From: Eledone cirrhosa | Taxonomy: Eukaryota | DNA: 64,000 nucleotides | Reading direction: 5' to 3' | Assembly (NCBI GenBank): GCA_964016885.1 | Contig: OZ024756.1 | Location: 22,506,001 to 22,570,000 of the forward strand | Shown here: piece by piece, positions 56,631 to 64,000 of the stretch | Numbering within the stretch: position 1 is the stretch's first letter | Layout: each line of letters begins with the position of its first letter | Made by a program: the position numbers and the translations under genes | The notes under the pieces: generated by a model | The model's input: the letters and a program-made list of their open reading frames with translations, nothing else | What the model was told of the DNA's origin: nothing | Databases searched by the model: none

Positions 56631-57762
56631 TGTTGGAGTCGAGAAATAAAATAGTAGCCGAGGAGTGATGAAATAACGGAATTATTGAAAAACCAGACGG
56701 GTTGTTTTCAATGTCTCTCCTGGCTCTATCCGTTCTATATTCAAATTCCAACTTCTGGGACACGCCAGCCAATAGTTGGGACTAACAGAAATTATCAGCA
56801 ATAGATAGACAAATGCACACATTTGCACATGTTTCTTTGTCCCATGTGACGCTCGGCTTCCTATTGTTATTTGTGTCCTTAATCAGCCGAATAATTGTAT
56901 TCCTGTAACACCTACTCATTTGTGTCATTTAGAAATTGAATTTAATTTAGTTTCTCAAAGAATAAATTATTGGTGATTTTTTATGCATTTGTAGAAGGGC
57001 GACGGATAAAGTTGTCTTTGTGGTATTTAGCTACCTCAATCTTCATTAAGGATTCAAGTTCAACCGAGGTTCTACGTTTCAGTATCATCTTTCTATATTC
57101 TTTAAAATCAAGTACAGGTCCTGAAGTAAATGTTCAGAAAGAACCCCGCCACCACACTCACAATAAATTATACATGTATATTTATGATTATCTAATACAT
57201 TTTATAATTATTAGTATGCATTGTTTTTTCAGATAATTTCGGAATTGTTCCTTGTGTGGCAGATGAGTTGATCAGAGATTGTGTGCTGAAACTGGAGCAA
57301 TTACAACGCCGGAGCCTAAATTTAGAGATTTAAAAGAAATAATATACTACATTCACTTTTCGACAAAAAATTTGATACCTCAAGGAATAAATGGAGAAGA
57401 AATGTTGCATGATTTGCGTGTTCTTTTAATGGCTAAAGTTGCTCTTTCTACGATGTAATTATCCAGATAAAATTTTCCAGAAATATCTAGTATCAATTCC
57501 GTTACTGCTAAGTGAACTGTAGCAATGCAGTATTATATGTCCTAGCCAAAAATAACAAGCAACTACTGCCTTGGGATGAAATCAAAATGGATATCCCTTC
57601 ACATCCTAAAAAAAGACGCTTGTCTATTTTAGGCAGCATTTTCAGAACCGGTCCGTATCGATTTTATTCTTCACTCACGCAAGTTTGGTTCACCGCAGGC
57701 TCTGTACTATTGAGTAATCATGGTGAGATAAGCACAACAGAAACAGCTGCATTGCTATATAC

Positions 57763-57833
<71 letters not shown>

Positions 57834-57920
57834 TTATATATATATATATATACATACACACATACATTTATATACATATTCATATATATATATATACATA
57901 TATATACATATATATATATG

Positions 57921-57979
<59 letters not shown>

Positions 57980-58095
57980 ATATATATATATATGTATATA
58001 TATATATACATACATATATATATACATATATATGTATGTATCTCTCTCTCTATATATATATATATATATACATACATATATATCTATATATATGC

Positions 58096-58133
<38 letters not shown>

Positions 58134-58136
58134 ATA

Positions 58137-58199
<63 letters not shown>

Positions 58200-58202
<3 letters not shown>

Positions 58203-58378
58203 AACGAGTAGGACCCCGACGGCTGAGCTCAAGCCGTTTCGAGGGCTAATTCTGGACTAAATGATAAAAAAATAAAAAATAAAAAAATAAAAAAACATTT
58301 TTTAAATTTTTTTTTTACATTTAGTCCAGAATTAGCCATCGAAACGGCTTGAGCTCAGCCGTCGGGGTCCTACTCGTT

Positions 58379-58382
<4 letters not shown>
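58200..58382. mobile_element. Family P2 fold-back copy with A/T-rich spacer and no tail
   Basis: Inverted arms at about 58200-58264 and 58318-58382. Confidence 0.7.
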
Positions 58383-58434
<52 letters not shown>

Positions 58435-59614
58435 TATGTATATATATATGCATATATATAGATATATATGTATGTATGTATATATATATATATATGTTTT
58501 GGCAACGTTCGTTATGCTATCGACGCACTCTCATGCTGCCGATTTTTTTCTTATTTGTAATCTAAATATTGTAAAGTATCGTTTTCACTACTAATACACA
58601 TTCAGACTTTCATCTTTGATACTGTTGGATAGTGTGTTTGATAGTACATTCTATAGTGTGTTTGGTAGAGTTTTATTACATTTTTTAGTTACATTGTTTT
58701 ACATACTGTGTAATCATAGCTTCATATTAGTGTTTCATAATATTTTACGTGTAAATTTTGATATATCACCTGATGTATTTGACGTCGGGTTTTATTCAGT
58801 TTCATGCAATATTAGATAATGTACTGTATATCAATCGTATTTAGCTGTTCTTCCTAGATTAATATCATCATATCACTAAACAGAAGCAATAATGGAATTG
58901 GCTAGTCGCCAAATATTAAAGTCAGAATTGAAGTGCCTGATAACGTCATGCTGGCTAAGAATCAAACAGATATTTTCTTGTTCAGTAATTTCAGTTCAGA
59001 TGATAACTGTCTTCTCATTTGAAAATGCAGTGAAATTGTTTCTTTTCCCCAGGACATACATCAAGTTACCAGTTATATGTACTTTAACGATTTTAGATGT
59101 TAATTACAATGGCTGAAAATTGTATTGATACAAACTCATGAGTACCAGCCAAAATACCTTGTGTGTAATTAAATATGTGTATGTGTGTATAGTATCGTAA
59201 CTGCTGATACAGTCTTAGGGGCACCGTATTGACATACGGCGTTTCTTGATCATTTAAAGCCTGGTTGAACCCATCCTTCTCCAGGCCTGAGTACAGAGAA
59301 AGATAGAAAGTGAAATAGAAGAAATGAGAAAGATATATCGAGGAAGAATAGGCTGGTCCTTTTGTCATCTACTTCGAAAAGACGAAATTCAAAGTTGGCC
59401 TCGGCGGGATTTGAACTCCGAGAGCAGAGAGACGGGTTGATTAAATATAACGAACGGCAAAACACTAAATCGTCAAAATATATAGGTTTCATCTTTTTGT
59501 TATGTCGCCGTACATTCAGTCATAACTATTGGGTTGTCACTGTATTGGTAAAGTTCCAGCTAAGGGCTGCAGGTTGATAATGTCTGTCATCCTTATACCA
59601 ATCTTTGGTTCGAA

Positions 59615-59654
<40 letters not shown>

Positions 59655-59659
<5 letters not shown>

Positions 59660-59949
59660 GGACCCCGACGGCAGAGCTCCGGCCGTTTCAACAGCTAGAT
59701 CCGAACTACACCAGTAGTATTAAGTCGACAAGGACCTAGCTGAACTTATCAAGGGGTACTGTACCCCTTGATAAGTTTACCTAGGTCCCTGTCGTAATAT
59801 TACTGGTTTAGTTCGGACCTAGCCGTCGAAACTGCCGGAGCTCAGCCGTCGGGGTTCTCACTTTTTTCCTATTACCCACTCTACTACCCTAAGTATCGAG
59901 TACTCTGGTACGTTATGGTCCACCTGGTTCCTTACCACACTTTCTTTGT

Positions 59950-59950
<1 letters not shown>
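59655..59950. mobile_element. Family P2 fold-back element with two U3-A8 variant hammerheads (59662-59757 minus, 59763-59855 plus)
   Basis: acccc-TTGATAA-gtttac ctaggtcc...ggacctag ccgtc-GAAA-c(t/g)gc...gagctc...gccg-TC-ggggt on both arms. Fold-back centre about 59760. Confidence 0.7.
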
Positions 59951-60042
<92 letters not shown>

Positions 60043-61599
60043 ATGGGTGTGCTTGTGCGTGTGTGTTTGTGTATGTATGTGTACGCGTGTGTTGTATGGG
60101 TGCAGGTATGTGTATATGTGCGCACGTGTAGACATTCATACACAGATTATATACACATAGCCTTTTGTAATGTAATGTTTTATATATGCACGATGACATT
60201 GCTTCGCGTGACCTTTGTAAACCCTCAAACACAAATCAAAATACATTAAAATATTTGAAAGACATTAAAATATTTAAAAGCATTTAAACACTTACTTTTA
60301 AAACCGTAACATATTTTTAAAAAAAACAATCAAATCTAAAAGTACTTTTAAAATATATTCTTCTTGCTATTGTTAATCAATATTTCCCCCATTTCTTTAA
60401 AATTGTAATCGCTATAAATATATAAAACTTCTACTTCAATAATATAAATATACTAGGAGAGTTATTTTCAACACACACGACGCATATGTGTTTGTGCGAA
60501 TGTGTATGTGCATATATATACATTTATATGTATGAGTATACAAATATAAAGGCGCAAACACACACACACTTACAAAAATACACACTCAGTGACATACATT
60601 CACACAAATGCACACATATATTCACATAAATATACACATATATTCGCACAAACAGACGCACACATACATTCACACAAACACACACATACACATACAATCA
60701 GACACAGCGCAGTAAATGGAATAGAGCCATTGTTTTGCTCTAAATTTTACACACATCCCCTCACGTTTACACACACATACATTCAGAGAAACACACTCAT
60801 ACACATACAATCACTCACAGAGCATCAAATGAACACACCAGCCACTGTTTTGTTCTAAATTTTACATACATCCCCTAAATTTTACACACACATACTTTCA
60901 CAGAAACACACACTCTCACACACATACATTCACAGAAACACACACTCTCACACACATACATTCACAGTGATACACACACTTACACACACATACATTCAGA
61001 GAAACACACATTCTCACCACTCTTACACACATACATTCACAGAAACACACTCCTACACACACAAACACACACATTGTGTGAGGGACGTAAGTCGCTCAGA
61101 TTTATATATACATAATTATAGAGACCTGTACATCACTGCTATAAATATATAGGTATAGAGTCATGACAGAAAATGTAAAAAATAAATGGATCTAAGTTTT
61201 AAAGATGGAGTAAAATAGGTGCGGAGATGGTTGTAGAAAATGATGAATGAGTTTTTAGCGTGGTTGGGGCTGCAAATGAATAAAACTAACATTGTAATAT
61301 GAAAATAGATCGACATTTGAATTTTAAATATTTTTCTATCAATTCAGATTGATCCTATATAGTACTGCGGTTGTTTTTTTAGGTATAATATACACTTGAA
61401 TTCGCATCATTATATATACTAGCAGAAAACCCGGCCACCGGGCGGTATTCTGCTAGCACATGTAGTGTTCGTATTGGTTTTATACGCAAATATATATGCT
61501 TATAGATATTATATGTAAATTGAAATGTAAATTGATAATATCTTCTTCGCCCACTTATTTCTGAGAAGGTCGTAGCGGCAGAGTCCTTCTCAAACACTC

Positions 61600-62070
61600 C
61601 TTCCAGCGAGTCTGTCAGAAGCAAACATCTCTAACTGATCAGGGTCTACCTCTGGGTCTCTTGCTGGTTGGTTTTGCCGGTAAAATCTGTCCAGCGATTC
61701 TTTCCTGAGACACTCTAACCACATGCCCATAATATCGGAGCTGTCATCTCTCAATCCAGACAAGTAGCGGCTCTACCAGGAGTGACTCTCTGATCTCTGA
61801 GCTATGGCCTTTATCCAGTAACTTTACTCCAAAGACCCTTCTGACGAACCCCATTTCTGCCGGTTGTATTTGCAATTGTATTCTTTCGGTCATTACCCAA
61901 GATTCATGACCCTCAGTAAGGGTTGGCAGAAATACCAGGAAGATAGAGAGTTTGGCTTTTACACCTACATCCCTTCTGATTACTGAAGCTGGCGCATTGT
62001 TGCATCAGGTTTTGCAATTCTTGCACTTAATTCAGCTTCCGGCCTTCCATCACTCATGATACTTGAACTT
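61600..62070 (-). pseudogene. RTE (Rex3/Expander-like) LINE fragment
   Basis: AKLSIF...PTLTEGHESWVMTERI...AEMGFVRRV...LRYYGHVVR...KRPRGRP. Confidence 0.8.
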
Positions 62071-62234
62071 CTCCAGCCGCTTCAGTGAAACTCCATTCAC
62101 ATGCATATAAATTTGAGCGACTTCTGTCCATCCGTCCGTCACGAAATGTGTGTGTCTGTTTGTGTGAATGTATGTGTGTATAAAAGGAAGGGGATACGCA
62201 CATATATGTCTCTAACTTAAAAACGATGACACAT

Positions 62235-62286
<52 letters not shown>

Positions 62287-62504
62287 ATTACCTACTTGTG
62301 TGTTGTATGTATTACCTGCTTGTAATGTATGTATATGCACACACGCACACTCATACACGTCAGCGCGTTGAAAAACATCCTAATCTCTTCCTTTCTCCTC
62401 TCTCTCTCTCTCTCTCTCTCACTCTCTCTCTCTCTCTCTCTTTGTTTTCTATATATATATATATATATGAAACAAAAACAAAGAGCCCTTACATCATCAA
62501 TTAA

Positions 62505-62568
62505 TCTTTATTTGCTGCCAGTGTTTCGTCCTTGCATAATTGCAGGACTCATCAGAGCGTTATAAAGA
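62505..62568 (-). ncRNA. Hammerhead with a damaged cleavage triplet (family P12)
   Basis: Minus strand tctttataacgct-CTGATGA-gtcctgc(aattat)gcaaggac-GAAA-cactggc-agcaaataaaga. U16.1 is missing. Confidence 0.6.
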
Positions 62569-63159
62569 GGAATTAGATCAACAGTATAAACTCTACCGAC
62601 CTATATCACAAGAACGATCGATGTGTAGCACAGAGGACTAAGAAGAGTGGGGTGTTTGGACGACGCGTCACCGCTAGTAGCCGATACATATAGGACCAAA
62701 ATCAGTTACAATAATTAAAGATAAGGAAAAATAAAAGATAAGGAAATTAAAGATAAGAGATAAAGCGTAAAGGGTAGAGTCTAGAAGTAAAATAAAGATA
62801 AAAATAAAAATAAAACATAAAAGATAACAAATGTAGTTGTAGACAGTAAAGGATTTCAGAGGTGACAGTTTAAGAATAATATTAACGAAAGTGAATGACG
62901 TAGGCAGAGTAAGATATATCGGGAGCCAGATAAAGCGATCATATAGTGGAATTCCATGTATCCATCACAGTATGGCAACAAATGTTATAGGTGGCGTTCA
63001 AATGCAATTTATCTGTGTGGTTCACAGAACATATAGGCCCCTAAAGCAAAGTGTAGTGGAAGCAGGTGAAAGCAATCATCATGGATATCAGTAGAATATA
63101 ACGTTTGCGTGTGTGTGTTTGCGTGTAAGTCTACATAGACCCACATACATACGCACACA

Positions 63160-63214
<55 letters not shown>

Positions 63215-63365
63215 AAAAAGAGATGAAATCGAAAATGCAACTGGAGTCTTATTTTTTTTTTAAATATATATATTTATTTGGTTCCTTTACCGGTTTCGCA
63301 GTTCTTCTGCTTCGGTTATTTTTCATTTTGTAAAAAAAACCTCACTTTCTAATATATATATATAT

Positions 63366-63659
63366 TAAGTTTCCAGTGTCCACGCTTTGCCTGGATACTT
63401 AGATGAGAATAGACTTCCCGACGACGGAATGCTTCTCCGTATCTTCTTCGGAAAATATATTTATTCCATTCCAGAAACTAATTAGTTGGAAGTGATATTT
63501 TAGTAAGTAAGTTAATTTTATAATTTTCTTATTTTACGTCTCTCATATTATTGTTCTGAAACCCCATGCATTGAACCACAAAGTTACTAAGACAAAACCT
63601 ATATATTTGCTAGCATTGATATGCATCTGTATGTATATATATGTTACTAGATATTAATT

Positions 63660-63662
<3 letters not shown>
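63366..63662 (+). mobile_element. Second P5 copy with a degenerate hammerhead (63413-63493)
   Basis: acttcc-cgacga-cggaatg...cattcca-GAAA-ctaattag-TT-ggaagt. The core lacks one base. TA-flanked. Confidence 0.65.
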
Positions 63663-63746
<84 letters not shown>

Positions 63747-64000
63747 CATACATACGTGTATCCACGTGTTCCATTCGTCCGTGTTACCCCTTACGATCAC
63801 AATACCATCCACTCCAGTCTCATGTTGGGATTAATACCTCCGCATCATAGCTGTGGGGTTGTGAGTCCATGCAATCCTAAGTTTCTCAGCATACCACGTG
63901 GTGTAACGAATGACTTAAATTATCCGAGTCATACAAGTATAGATGTAACTATAGATATCAACATGTAAGGTATATTCGGCGCATTCACAGTATCGCTTAC

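Overview
This is an AT-rich, microsatellite-saturated metazoan genomic window, intergenic or intronic. The SINE families and repeat landscape suggest a cephalopod, probably octopus (inference). I found no convincing host protein-coding gene, and nearly all ORF-track entries are translations of simple repeats. Recognisable content is about 30 copies of a tRNA-derived SINE, a second tRNA/CORE-like SINE, decayed RTE and R4-like (RLE) LINE fragments, hAT, piggyBac and mariner-type MITEs, non-autonomous Helitrons and minisatellites. The main finding is a dense set of short non-coding elements from at least 10 unrelated sequence families inserted in (TA)n tracts. They carry minimal type I hammerhead ribozymes (about 20 intact or near-intact cores, most with palindromic stem-loop III), usually as head-to-head fold-backs. 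They look like non-autonomous Penelope-like (pLTR) or retrozyme-type elements. The set includes a compensatory U3-A8 core variant, a circularly permuted copy, a hybrid of two different ribozymes, and a small ACTC...GAGT hairpin shared across families just beyond the fold-back end point. All structures were read by eye and need computational and biochemical confirmation.
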